NCBI RefSeq assembly: GCF_001194135.2
Contig: NC_068982.1
Location: 11,125,878-11,174,532, forward strand
Origin: Octopus bimaculoides
Taxonomy: Eukaryota
DNA: 48,655 nt
Direction: 5' to 3'
Below, in pieces: positions 23,523 through 35,589 of this stretch. Made by a program: the position numbers and the translations under genes. How positions within the stretch are numbered: position 1 is the first letter of the stretch; every line of letters begins with the position of its first letter. The notes beneath the pieces were generated by a model. That model did no database searches. It had not been told where the DNA came from and saw only the letters and a list, made by a program, of their open reading frames with translations.

Positions 23523-23637
23523 GTTTAAGATTTTACCTGATGACGGTGGGTTATATAACATCAGGTAATCTTTTTGACTGCATTAAATAAATAAATAAAT
23601 AAATAAACTTCTACCGAAACAGTTGTAAATTTTAAAC
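23523..23637 (+). ncRNA. Type-I hammerhead ribozyme motif with a 59-nt loop II
   Basis: GUUUAAGAUUUUAC-CUGAUGA-C-GGUGGG-[59 nt]-UCUACC-GAAA-C-A-GU-U-GUAAAUUUUAAAC: 13-bp stem I (one bulge), 6-bp stem II, intact core, GUU triplet (cut after 23624). Confidence 0.65.
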
Positions 23638-23707
23638 GCCATTTGTATTTACTTTTCACATATATATATATATGAGAGAGAGACACACACAGAGAGAGAG
23701 GGGGAGG

Positions 23708-23739
<32 letters not shown>

Positions 23740-25280
23740 TGACTGACGGACGGACGGACAGAGAATATGCAATGCCGTTTAGTAATGATTTGATAATACT
23801 TAAACCAATTCGCTATAATGTAAAATATTATCGCACACTGCTTTTTATAAAGAATCAGAAATTGCCTTCATCGCCAATGAATTTTTTTCAGAAACTTTGA
23901 TATGACTAACAGCATCTGAAGAATAATTCAGCGACATTCTAAGTAAAATAATTTTTTTTCCCCGATTACATTATTATCTTCCTTTCTCTTCGACTGGTTT
24001 CTATCATTGGATTGATGCCGTGCTAGGGTACCATCTTGAAGGGTTTACTTAACTACAATGGCCATACCCTTCAAAGCGGGAGGTAGTAATCCGACTATTG
24101 GTCCATGATAAACTGCTTTGATCATCGATGTTACTATCATCAGAGAGCTTTCTACTAACATATCCATGCATGTAACAACATTTATCCTGTATGTATGTAT
24201 GCATGTCTGTGTGTATGTTTGTATGTATGTAAAAGGGTCTGACATCAGATAAAATGACAAAATTCCTTGAGCTTTTTAATTACTTTGCCTTTTATCCGTT
24301 TCGGATCGCCAAAATAAAGTATTAGTGAAAAGATGACGCTGATTTAATCGACTGAACCCTTTCCACATATAGGTAACCCTGTGCCTCTACTTGAAACACA
24401 CACTTGAAGCTGGTGCGTATGATGTAATATCACAGTTTCCGGTTTCCCGTGTACCCAGGCTAGATAAAGACTTGACTTTATGTGAATGAATTTCAATGTC
24501 CATACCTGACACTGAAATTAAACTGTATGTCTTTTCTGTTAAAGAAAATATTATCAATTAGAAAATGAAAGAAAATAGATTCAAACTATGTATATACCAG
24601 TGATCATATACCGCTTTTTCATTGTGAAAAAGGGTCCTTAACTAAAGCCACTTGTACGATCTATTCGTGTAACCAGCTTTATCATAGCTCTGACCTCTTG
24701 TTTCCTACCTATAAGCTATTTGTTTTCTAAAAGAGACAGAGCCTGTTCCGCCCCTAGCTCCTCACCAGTTGTAGACTCTCCACCAAACATTTCAATGAAA
24801 CACTCTTTCTTTCCGTCATCAACCACAGAACTGTGCACATAGAAGACGGTTCAATGTATGAAATGTCTGGAGTTTCATCCGTAAGAAATTAATACATTGT
24901 CACTGCTTTGATTTCAATGAAATTGATTTTCTTACATAAGTAACCAGACTTGATTATGTCATTCTTAAAACGGTTTGAGAGCATTGACACCCGTGGTTTC
25001 CTTTGAAATGCGGTACGCTGTACAACATCTACACAGTTCTTTACATTGCCATATTTTACAAACAGTTAAACTAGTTCACGAAAGTTTCATAACATAAAAT
25101 TATGTCTACTAGCTTCAATAGTATTTCTTTATTTTTGTTTCTCTCCATTCTTTGCGGCATTTTTTAACGAGCACTTAAGTAACTTTTTCAAGTTCTTAAA
25201 ATCATTCCATCTGTTTCAAGAGACGCATGTTCCTTTATTTTGCTAAGTGTCTGAAGTTATTTTTATAATTTATTCCAACG

Positions 25281-26425
25281 GAGTGGCTGTGTAGTAAGTA
25301 GCTTGCTTACCAACCACATGGTTCTGGGTTCAATCCCACTGCGTGGCACCTTGGCCAAGTGTCTTCTACTATAGCCTCGAGCCGACCAAAGCCTTGTGAA
25401 TGGATTTGGTAGACGGAAACTGAAGGAAGCCTGTCGTATATATATATATATATNNNNNNNNNNNNNNNNNNNNNNNNNNNNNNNNNNNNNNNNNNNNNNN
25501 NNNNNNNNNNNNNNNNNNNNNNNNNNNNNNNNNNNNNNNNNNNNNNNNNNNNNNNNNNNNNNNNNNNNNNNNNNNNNNNNNNNNNNNNNNNNNNNNNNNN
25601 NNNNNNNNNNNNNNNNNNNNNNNNNNNNNNNNNNNNNNNNNNNNNNNNNNNNNNNNNNNNNNNNNNNNNNNNNNNNNNNNNNNNNNNNNNNNNNNNNNNN
25701 NNNNNNNNNNNNNNNNNNNNNNNNNNNNNNNNNNNNNNNNNNNNNNNNNNNNNNNNNNNNNNNNNNNNNNNNNNNNNNNNNNNNNNNNNNNNNNNNNNNN
25801 NNNNNNNNNNNNNNNNNNNNNNNNNNNNNNNNNNNNNNNNNNNNNNNNNNNNNNNNNNNNNNNNNNNNNNNNNNNNNNNNNNNNNNNNNNNNNNNNNNNN
25901 NNNNNNNNNNNNNNNNNNNNNNNNNNNNNNNNNNNNNNNNNNNNNNNNNNNNNNNNNNNNNNNNNNNNNNNNNNNNNNNNNNNNNNNNNNNNNNNNNNNN
26001 NNNNNNNNNNNNNNNNNNNNNNNNNNNNNNNNNNNNNNNNNNNNNNNNNNNNNNNNNNNNNNNNNNNNNNNNNNNNNNNNNNNNNNNNNNNNNNNNNNNN
26101 NNNNNNNNNNNNNNNNNNNNNNNNNNNNNNNNNNNNNNNNNNNNNNNNNNNNNNNNNNNNNNNNNNNNNNNNNNNNNNNNNNNNNNNNNNNNNNNNNNNN
26201 NNNNNNNNNNNNNNNNNNNNNNNNCGCCCACCAAAACTTTACAATCGTTGTTAGTGTATTTACCTCCCGGTAACTTAGCGGTTCGACAAAAGTAACCGAT
26301 AGAATAAGCACCAAGCTTTTAAAAAAAGTAACGAGGTCGATTCATTCCATTAAAAAAAAGGTTCTTCAAGGCGGTGTCCCAGCATGGCCGTAGTCTAATG
26401 ACTGAAACTAGTAAGAGATAAAAGA
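25281..26425 (+). mobile_element. Family-C SINE (tRNA head, CORE-like CCTTGGCCAAGTGTCTT, internal microsatellite/gap, 3' half)
   Basis: Head 25281-25440 (GTGGCTGTGTAGTAAG...GGGTTCAATCCC); 3' half 26225-26425; middle lost in the N gap. Confidence 0.8.
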
Positions 26426-27484
26426 TAAGATCTATTAAGAGCATTGTATGTAATATGTAAGCAAATCTTTAGTTGTAACATATTCTTCATGGAATAGAAT
26501 CTCAAAGAGAGTTAGGCGATATATTTGTCTTATCGCTTTTTATCCTTTGCAGTGTAGGCATAATCGTAAGGGGGGGGCGTGATTTTCGATTATTTTTTCT
26601 TTATTTGCTGTGTTCGATCTCTTATGCTTTGATTGTCACTATTCTCAAAAATCGGAATTGCGTCCGAAGGACTCCATCGGCTTCAAACAAATACATACAC
26701 ACGCACTCATACAGAGAGAGAAAGACAGACAGACAGACAGGCATATACACACACACATACACATGCACATACATGTGCACATGTATACACACACATGCAC
26801 ACATACATTTATAAACTATATACATATACACGCGCATAGATATTCCTCTCTGTTTGGTTTTCCGCACGAATTACAGTATTTGCATGACTTTGTATTTTCG
26901 ACATTTTCTAAATTTCTTTTTCCAGAGACACATGCTTATCTATTGAAACTCATACGCCAAAGAGAATTATCGTCTTTGACAATAATTTCTCAGCAAATTG
27001 CCTTAATCCTGTTATTGTCTAAATCAATTGGTCACAGTTAGTCTCTTCGTCATTTCCAAAGATTAATATACTACGTGTTGCGTTTCTACGATCTTTTTCT
27101 ATTTTTTAATTATTTTTCTAGGGAAGGTATATGGCATAATGTTGGTTTATGTTCCATTCTACGTAACCTATATCTATGATAGGATTTTTATTTTTCTCAT
27201 TTTGGCAAGAACTGAGTCAGGTGAAACTCAGTAACAGAGGGCTTCCTTCACACGCTATACACAGTTCGCAGTTATTCTTATACTCTCTCTCTCTCTCTCT
27301 CATTAAATGTGTTTAGTAGAACTTAATGAAAAAGCTTTGATCCTGAGTTATGATCAAAATTCTTCCATCTCTATTTCAATTCTGGATCGCTTCACCGTAG
27401 GTTTATTCAGTCTTGTTTGATATTAGCCATATGCGTAAGGGTGCTGGCTTTAGACAAAATACAAAAGGAACACTTAATTAAGGT

Positions 27485-27638
27485 TTTTATTCAACATATT
27501 CCCCTTCTCAGATTTACATATTTATTGTAGCGGTCCTTCAGTTTTTCTAAACCTTGTAAAAGAACTCTGAAGGTTGGGCCTCCAACCAGGCCTTTCGCGA
27601 CACCCTTAAAACCAGAAACTTTTCAGCGCCCCCTCGTG
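27485..27638 (-). mobile_element. Internally deleted mariner derivative (TIR fused to transposase C-terminus)
   Basis: Minus strand CACGAGGGGGCGCTGAAAAGTT (mariner-type TIR) followed shortly by FFYKGLEKLKDRYNKYVNLR..EYVE*. Confidence 0.7.
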
Positions 27639-28460
27639 TAAGATTTACTTGTCAACGTTTTATCATGGCGTTTTGTTTAGATTTAGTTACGATCTAGTTT
27701 TTTCAAGTTAACAGTTTCTATAACTATCTCTCCATCATGTTTACAGATGTCATTTACTTCAACCTTACATTTATTGGTTCCCGTTGTAAAAGGAAAAATA
27801 TTTTCTTTGATTATTTATGGTTTTTTTTTTACTATTTATATTAGTTTCTTTTTATTCCTTACGAAATATTATCGTAGACCTACCGTAAATATTTTATATT
27901 TTACTTGCAGAAAATTACAATCCTTGTCATGGATAAGGAAATGTAATCTCTCTATGTCAGCTTCTGTATATTCTAAAGACTAACTTTTTTTTTTCCTCCT
28001 ATCAAGTATTGCTAACTCAGTTAATTTCCTGCCGAGAATATAAAAGTCACTTAATACTAGAACAGCGTATTTTTACTATTTAGTTCAGTTTCGATTATTA
28101 ATCTAATATATATAATCTTTCCTTTCATATTTGATGTTGCACTCTGTCTTGTTCATTAATTCTTAAAAGATATTAACTCTAACTTTGATCTAATTCTGTT
28201 ATCTCACTCTTTTTATCTAACATAGTGTTACTGAGTTTCATTAAAGATTACACTTCAAGGTAACTATGACGTATTTTTCTAAACCGAATTTCATATACTT
28301 TTCCCTCTAAAAATAAGGCCGAACCCGAATAGGAAAAGCTGCCCGTCATATTTCGATTAAAGCCAAAAGACAGACTAGCTACGGACAATGGACGGTTGTG
28401 TGACAGATAGTTATTCTCTCCATATATCAGGCAAACCGACTGACTGCTGTTGCATCTATA

Positions 28461-28902
28461 TATTCTTTTCTACTCTAGGCACAAGGCCCGAACTTTTGGG
28501 GAAGGAGATCAGTCGATTAGATCCACCCCAGTACGCAACTGGTACTTAATTTATCGACCCCGAAAGGATGAAAGGCAAAGTCGACCTCGGCGTAATTTGA
28601 ACTCAGAATTTGAGCGTAAAGACAGACGAAATAACGCTAAGCATTTCGCCCAGCGTGCTAACGTTTCTTATTTCTTCACTGGCCACAAGGGGCTACACAC
28701 AGAAGGGACAAACAAGGACAGACAAACAGATTAAGTCGATTATATCGACCCCAATGCGTAACTGGTACTTATCTAATCGACCCTGAAAGGATGAAAGGCA
28801 AAGTCGACCTCGGCGGAATTTGAACTCAGAACGTAGCGGCAGACGAAATACCGCTAAGCATTTCGCTCGGCGCGTTAACGTTTCTGCCAACTCGCCGCCT
28901 TA
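28461..28902 (-). mobile_element. Family-B SINE dimer (tail-1 unit followed by tail-2 unit)
   Basis: Two copies of the GTCGACTTTGCCTTTCATCCTTTC.GGGTCGAT core; junction near 28665. Confidence 0.9.
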
Positions 28903-29127
28903 GTTCCATACATATATTAAAGGGGTTAGTCCTAATACTTAAACCAGAATGAGCAATTTTAAAAGTCAGAACTAAAACGCTATGAGTCTTATCAGTTTAG
29001 ATACAAAACTGCTCGGAACGGACGAGTCTATCAAAAGGTATTGTTATATTCAGTCAGTTGAAATTATATTTCGAGGGAAAAAAACTTCTCGGCTGAAGCC
29101 TGAATGTATCCAATATGTTCCAATATA

Positions 29128-29530
29128 TAAGGCGGCGAGCTGGCAGAAACGTTAGCACGCCGGGCGAAATGCTTAGCGGTATTTCGTCTGCCGTTACGTT
29201 CTGAGTTCAAATTCCGCCGAGGTCGACTTTGCCTTTCATCCTTTCGGGGTCGATAAATTAAGTACCAGTTACGCACTGGGGTCGATGTAATCGACTTAAT
29301 CCGTTCGTCTGTTCTTGTTTGTTCCCTCTATGTTTAGCCCCTTGTGGGCAATAACGAAATAGGTATTTCGTCTGTCTTTATGTTCTGAGTTCAAATTCCG
29401 CCGAGGTCGACTTTGCCTTTCGTCCTTTCGAGGTCGATAAATTAAGTACTAGTTGCGTATTGGAGTCGATCTAGTCGACTGGCCCCCTCCCCCAAAATTT
29501 CGGGCCTTGTGCCTGGAGTAGAAAAGAATA
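29128..29530 (+). mobile_element. Family-B SINE dimer (tail-1 unit followed by tail-2 unit)
   Basis: GGCGGCGAGCTGGCAGAAACGTTAGC head, B-box-like GAGTTCAAATTC, two cores; junction near 29362. Confidence 0.9.
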
Positions 29531-30194
29531 TGTTCTCTAAATCCAATTCTCTACTTTATTTGTCTGTGTGTGTGAATGAGTGTGTGGATGTTTATATATA
29601 TTAGGGTGTGTGGCATGCATGTGTGTCTATTATATATATATATATAAAGTTCTGATCTTTGTGGAGTTTAAAATGTCGTTTGAGGCCTCCGTTAAATTTG
29701 CAGAACTTATAACATACACGACATTGAAAGGTGTGCACAGGTACATAGGCAGAATTGTTGGGTTACGATAAATTATAAGATTATGACTTCCATTTCATTT
29801 CATGGTTAAGATTGTTTCCTTCTTGATGTAAAGGGAAAAAAATAATAGATAACACCTCACGAGGTAGAAGTGGTAAGTTTCTTACAATGACTGTAGCTTT
29901 CAGAGATGTTATCTCCTGAGACTGCCTATTCTATACTATCAATACTCACGTGAATCTTTATACCATCCAAAGAGTCGAATATTTCGAAGAAGAGACAGTT
30001 TCAAAATAAATTATTTCCTGACACTCAATAAGTTTTCAGCTATCTTACAGTTTTCAAAATAACCGTGGAATTTCCATGAGTATTGCAAGTTAACAGATAA
30101 CACATCCATACTTTACAGAATTCCCCATGGAAATAAACAATCAGTTCTTGGAAGCGACACTCATATCGCAAAATATTACTAAAGTTAACATAAC

Positions 30195-30516
30195 CGGCAC
30201 TCCGTCGATTTCGACGATGGGTATTCCGGTTCGTCCGATCAACGTAACAGTCTACTCATAAAATTAACGTGCAAGTGGCTGAGTAGCCCACAGACATGCA
30301 TACCCTTAATGTAGTTCTCAAGGAGATTCAACGTGACAAAGAATGTGAAAAGGTTGGCCCTTTGACTTATAAGTGCAACTCATTTTTGCCAGCTGAGTGG
30401 AGTGGGGTAACGTGAAATTAAGTGTCTTGCTTAAGGGCACAATACACCGCCGAGAACCGAACTTACGATTCTCCATCTTCAGCTGAATACCCTAACCACT
30501 AAGCTACGCACCTTCG
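30195..30516 (-). mobile_element. Family-A SINE, head type 1, diverged
   Basis: Collinear with 6368-6687. Confidence 0.8.
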
Positions 30517-30769
30517 CAATTAACATAAATATACACACAAGACAAAGCCGTCTCGAAGATGTTTTACTCAACCAGAATACAAATCTGATGACGTAAAATA
30601 CAAATCTGATGACATAAAACATTAACGCTCTAACGGTCAAAGTCTGGCGGGAATGTTTGCCTGGGTTAGCGCCACAGAGGTCAACGCCACTACATATCCT
30701 GAAAATGATGCTGAGATACCCTGGACACTTTGATAAAGGAGGGTTAGGAACATTATTTTCTTCGTAGGC

Positions 30770-30839
30770 GGTGGCTGTGTAGTAAGAAGTTTGCTTCCCT
30801 TGTGAGTGGATTTGGCAGACGGAAACTGAAAGAAGCTTG

Positions 30840-30873
<34 letters not shown>

Positions 30874-31070
30874 CACCGCTTGACAAGTGTTGGTGTGTTT
30901 ATTTCCCCCGTAGCCTAGCGATTCGGCAAAAGAGATCAATAAAATAAGTACCAGGCTTAAAAGAAAAAAATAAGAAAGGGAGTCAATTCATTCGACTAAA
31001 AACGCCTCAAAGCGGTGCTGTAGCATGGCCGCAGTCTAATGATTAAAATAAGTAAAAGACAATAGAAAAA
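30770..31070 (+). mobile_element. Family-C SINE with deleted head and internal (TG)n
   Basis: GTGGCTGTGTAGTAAGAAGTTTGCTTCC / GTGAGTGGATTTGGCAGACGG / (TG)n / 3' half ending GCATGGCCGCAGTCTAATG. Confidence 0.8.
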
Positions 31071-31484
31071 TTAACGAAAAATGAATTGTAAGTGCCAAAT
31101 ACCCAGATATGGAAAAGAGCCCTAAAAGAAACTAGAACATAGTCGTGTCTTCAATATATCATGTCTAAAAGCGATGCTGCTCCTCATATGTACAAATATA
31201 AAACTACACGATAAAATAGCTAAAAAAAAATCGAAAAATATACAACAGAATTCTGGAAGAAATTGATTGAAAAAGAAATACGCAGAACAACCCAAGCTAT
31301 AGAAAATGTAGAGGCCAAAATGATATAGTAGTGAAAGAAAATAGATAAATCAGTAAGTTAGAAATATTTATTAACCAATATATACACATCTTTAGATAAT
31401 ATACAGACGACACTCACCAGGGAATATAAATAAATTAAGTAAACTATACGCAAAGAAAATCATGTTACCCACGCAAGAAGATAA

Positions 31485-31860
31485 ATTTATTAACTTATCG
31501 CAACATCGATTAAATCACGCTCATCAAACACGGTACCGACTTCATTTGCAACCAAAATACGACCAAAGCAAGGAAAGAAAAGTTGAAAATAAACTATCAT
31601 ACATACCAAAAGCCAGTAAATCTGAGGAATAAAAACATTATAAACACTGATGGTAAACTTGAAAACTTAATTCGCAGCGAATGCAATAATAACCGCAAAG
31701 GAATAGCCAAAATACTCGACGAGAGACTCAAACAAGACGTAGTCGACATGTAACATGTTCGCCACATAAAAATATGCAAAAGTGACAAAAACAATATGTC
31801 TTTAGTCGTGGATAGAGATAAATGAATTGCAAAAATCAACAAGCTTGCTAAAACCAATTT
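31485..31860 (+). mobile_element. Penelope-like element ORF N-terminal remnant
   Basis: INLSQHRL...LIKHGTDFI and HIKICKSDKNNMSLVVDRDK*IAKINKL resemble the Penelope-like NLS...L.KGL.F and I.KADKGN..V..D...Y..K motifs. Confidence 0.55.
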
Positions 31861-31904
31861 TAAAAATCAAATCTAAAATAACGGTTTCAAATTGTGAAGA
31901 AAGG

Positions 31905-32310
31905 ACAGCAATTTCGGTCGAGGGATAAGTCGATTACCTCGACCTCAGTACATCGCTGGTACTTATTCTATCGACCCTGAAAGGATGAAAGGCAATGTTG
32001 ACCTCAGCGGAATTTGAACTCAGAATATAAAGTCGGACGAAAGGCCGCAAAGCATTTTATCCAGCGCGCTAACGATTCTGATTTCTTTATTGCCCACAAG
32101 GTGCTAAACATAGAGGGGACAAACAAGGACAGAGAAACGGATTAAGTCGATTACATCGAACCAGTGTGTAACTGGTACTTAATTTATCGACACCGAAAGG
32201 ATGAAAGGCAAAATCGACCTCGGCGGAATTTGAACTCAGAATGTAAAGACGGACGAAACACCGCAAAGCATTTTATCCGGCGTGCTAACGATTCTGCAAG
32301 CTCGTCGCCC
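31905..32310 (-). mobile_element. Family-B SINE dimer (tail-1 unit followed by tail-2 unit), diverged
   Basis: Same architecture as the 28.5 and 29.1 kb dimers; junction near 32080. Confidence 0.85.
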
Positions 32311-32660
32311 GATTCAAATCAAAAAGTATTGACAGCGATAAACCCTACAAACAGGATGCTCTTACTTCTGTCACATTGAAGAATCCACCCCTGGCACACA
32401 CACACACACACACACACACACANNNNNNNNNNNNNNNNNNNNNNNNNNNNNNNNNNNNNNNNNNNNNNNNNNNNNNNNNNNNNNNNNNNNNNNNNNNNNN
32501 NNNNNNNNNNNNNNNNNNNNNNNNNNNNNNNNNNNNNNNNNNNNNNNNNNNNNNNNNNNNNNNNNNNNNNNNNNNNNNNNNNNNNNNNNNNNNNNNNNNN
32601 NNNNNNNNNNNNNNNNNNNNNNNNNNNNNNNNNNNNNNNNNNNNNNNNNNNNNNNNNNNN

Positions 32661-32689
<29 letters not shown>

Positions 32690-32694
<5 letters not shown>

Positions 32695-32850
32695 GACGGG
32701 CTTCTTTCAGTTTCCGTCTACCAAATCCACTCACAAGGCTGTGGTCGGCCCGAGGCTATAGTAGAAGACACTTGCCCAAGGTGCCACGCAGTGGGACTGA
32801 ACCCGGAACCATGAGTTTCGTAAGCAAGCTACTTACCACACAGCCACTCC
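32690..32850 (-). mobile_element. Family-C SINE head
   Basis: Reverse complement of the 25281-25440 head. Confidence 0.85.
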
Positions 32851-33001
32851 TACGTCTATATATAAAGTTCAAATAAGGGATAAATAAATCCAATGAAAAC
32901 ACTAGTTAGTTACCTATTTAAAAAGTGTTGGATATTACAATTAATATTCACCTGTAAGGTAACTAGATAAACCGTGGTTTGTAAATATTTTAAGAATATA
33001 A

Positions 33002-33323
33002 AGAAAATAGAGAGATAATTAATAATCATTTGTTAATTAAAAAATTAGACATCATCTCTGACAACTGTTTCGATTCCAGACCTTGAAAATTTAATTACCA
33101 TAATTATAATAATTAAAACCATTTAAAAGTCGAATCTCAAAGTTTGCTAAAGACATACAATTAGGTGTTCGTGTTCCTGCTTGTTGAGTATACGGCTCCA
33201 AACCGTATTATTATAATTATGGCAATTAATTTCTAAAGATTTAGAATGGAATCGAAACAGCTGTCAGAGATTATGTCTAATCTTTTAATTAATAAATAAT
33301 TATTAATTATATCTCTATTTTCT
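33002..33323. mobile_element. AT-rich foldback with about 110-120 bp inverted arms; each arm carries a hammerhead 3'-half motif
   Basis: AGAAAATAGAGAGATAATTAATAATC...ATTAGACATCATCTCTGACAACTGTTTCGATTCCA is matched by its near reverse complement ending ...ATCTCTATTTTCT; arms read GAATCGAAACAG(C/T)TGTCAGAGAT outward. Confidence 0.8.
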
Positions 33324-33335
33324 GAGATATATATA

Positions 33336-33863
33336 TAGGGTGGCCATAAAGTCACGCACCAGAGGGCTCTGTGACAGGTGATTCGTATCTTGGATATGCT
33401 TGGCAACAAGATGATATCTCGCGTGCATTCACTTGGAAGAGGTAATCCCGTCTGGTTTCAGTAGGATGGGACCCCGCCCCATTATGCATTGCGGGTTCGT
33501 GATTTCTGAATGAACATCTTCCAGGGAGATGGTTCGGGCGTCGTGAGCCAATTGAGTGGGCATCACGGCCACCAGACTTAACTCCCGTGGACTTTTTCTT
33601 CTGGGGCTGTATTAGACCCCTTGTGTATTCTGAAAAGATTCGTGACCAAGGAGATCTACTTGAAAGAATTGTTGAAGCGTGTGAACAAGCCATCGGTAAT
33701 GAAAAGCTATTTGAGAGGGTTCATCGCAATTTCAAATTCCGCATGAGAGGCTTGTTTCGAGCTACATGGCCAACACTTTGAACATTTGTAATGGATTACC
33801 TACTTCATTGCTAATAAAGCATACTTGATATCTCCCATGGTGCATGACTTTGTGACCACTCTG
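33336..33863 (+). mobile_element. Non-autonomous Tc1/mariner element with both TIRs and TA flanks; 5' two-thirds of the transposase deleted
   Basis: 26-bp TIRs (21/26 identical); VWFQ*DGTPPHYA...WASRPPDLTPVDFFFWG...HFEHL*. Confidence 0.9.
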
Positions 33864-34609
33864 TATATATATATATATNNNNNNNNNNNNNNNNNNNNNN
33901 NNNNNNNNNNNNNNNNNNNNNNNNNNNNNNNNNNNNNNNNNNNNNNNNNNNNNNNNNNNNNNNNNNNNNNNNNNNNNNNNNNNNNNNNNNNNNNNNNNNN
34001 NNNNNNNNNNNNNNNNNNNNNNNNNNNNNNNNNNNNNNNNNNNNNNNNNNNNNNNNNNNNNNNNNNNNNNNNNNNNNNNNNNNNNNNNNNNNNNNNNNNN
34101 NNNNNNNNNNNNNNNNNNNNNNNNNNNNNNNNNNNNNNNNNNNNNNNNNNNNNNNNNNNNNNNNNNNNNNNNNNNNNNNNNNNNNNNNNNNNNNNNNNNN
34201 NNNNNNNNNNNNNNNNNNNNNNNNNNNNNNNNNNNNNNNNNNNNNNNNNNNNNNNNNNNNNNNNNNNNNNNNNNNNNNNNNNNNNNNNNNNNNNNNNNNN
34301 NNNNNNNNNNNNNNNNNNNNNNNNNNNNNNNNNNNNNNNNNNNNNNNNNNNNNNNNNNNNNNNNNNNNNNNNNNNNNNNNNNNNNNNNNNNNNNNNNNNN
34401 NNNNNNNNNNNNNNNNNNNNNNNNNNNNNNNNNNNNNNNNNNNNNNNNNNNNNNNNNNNNNNNNNNNNNNNNNNNNNNNNNNNNNNNNNNNNNNNNNNNN
34501 NNNNNNNNNNNNNNNNNNNNNNNNNNNNNNNNNNNNNNNNNNNNNNNNNNNNNNNNNNNNNNNNNNNNNNNNNNNNNNNNNNNNNNNNNNNNNNNNNNNN
34601 NNNNNNNNN

Positions 34610-34653
<44 letters not shown>

Positions 34654-34810
34654 TCTTTTACTTGTTTCAGTCATTTGACTGCGGCCATGCAGGAGTACCG
34701 CCTTTAGTTAAACAAATGTTATTGCCCTCCTCTGCGCTTCCTGTCACGAAGTAGGCTCATTCGGAACTCTTGACAAGAGTACATTCAGTTTACATATTGT
34801 CCTTTTTCAG

Positions 34811-34838
34811 AATATCGATGGAGAGTGAAAATATTCAG
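34811..34838 (+). other. Candidate 28-nt micro-exon containing an ATG (MESENIQ, phase-0 donor)
   Basis: Acceptor TTGTCCTTTTTCAG|, consensus donor CAG|GTAAGT, ATG at 34818 with +4 G; unique non-repeat context. Confidence 0.45.
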
Positions 34839-35074
34839 GTAAGTGTCCCACTCGTGTTGGATTTTATAAATAGTTTGCCGTTGTCTGACTGGACGTAGTG
34901 AGCCGGCTAAGTTTGGTTTTCGAAGACAGGAGAGTGAAGGGAGACATGATGAATTGTCGTAATGTGTGTGTGCATGAATGCTTCAAAATGTAGTATGTCT
35001 GTATGATCTGCGTTACTTGTGTCTAGTGTTTAACGAGTGTTATTTTTTGCATGTGGTGCTTATGTGTTAACCCT

Positions 35075-35305
35075 ATTTCTTTATTGCCCACAAGGGGCTA
35101 AACATAGAGGGGTCAAAAAAGGACAGACAAAGGGATTAAGTCGATTACATCGACCCAGTGTACAACTGGTACTTTATTTATCGACCCCGAAAGGATGAAA
35201 GGCAAAGTCGACCTCGGCGGAATTTGAATTCAGAACGTAGCGGCAGACGAAATACCGCTAAGTATTTCGCCCGGCGTGCTAACGATTCTGCAAGCTCGCC
35301 GCCTG
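35075..35305 (-). mobile_element. Family-B SINE monomer, tail type 1
   Basis: Complete from GGCGGCGAGCTTGCAGAATCG to ...CCCCTTGTGGGCAATAAAGAAATA. Confidence 0.9.
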
Positions 35306-35552
35306 TGTTAACACTATCAGATCAGGGCCCCTATGTTTATCTTTACCCTTCACTGGGGCTCATGAGCAAAAAAATAAATAAATAAATAGTTGCAGATACA
35401 TTTCAAGGGTAACGATTGCAGGCAAACCAATCGACAGAATCGGCTGCATCTTTTTCTGTGTGTTGTTCATTATCGCTTAACCGGGAATCCGACAGAGATT
35501 ACGTTTAATCTAGTCCCGCTATAGCGGGAATAAGGTGTAGAAAAGTTATGGA

Positions 35553-35589
<37 letters not shown>

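Noticed and set aside
28461-32310. CRISPR-like array from the recurring GTCGAC...CATCCTTTC motif
   Set aside because: The repeats are SINE cores in both orientations with homologous flanks, irregular spacing and no cas genes.
35515-35530. 16-bp palindrome TCCCGCTATAGCGGGA next to CTAG as a Helitron 3' end
   Set aside because: No spacer between hairpin and CTAG and no 5' TC end identified.
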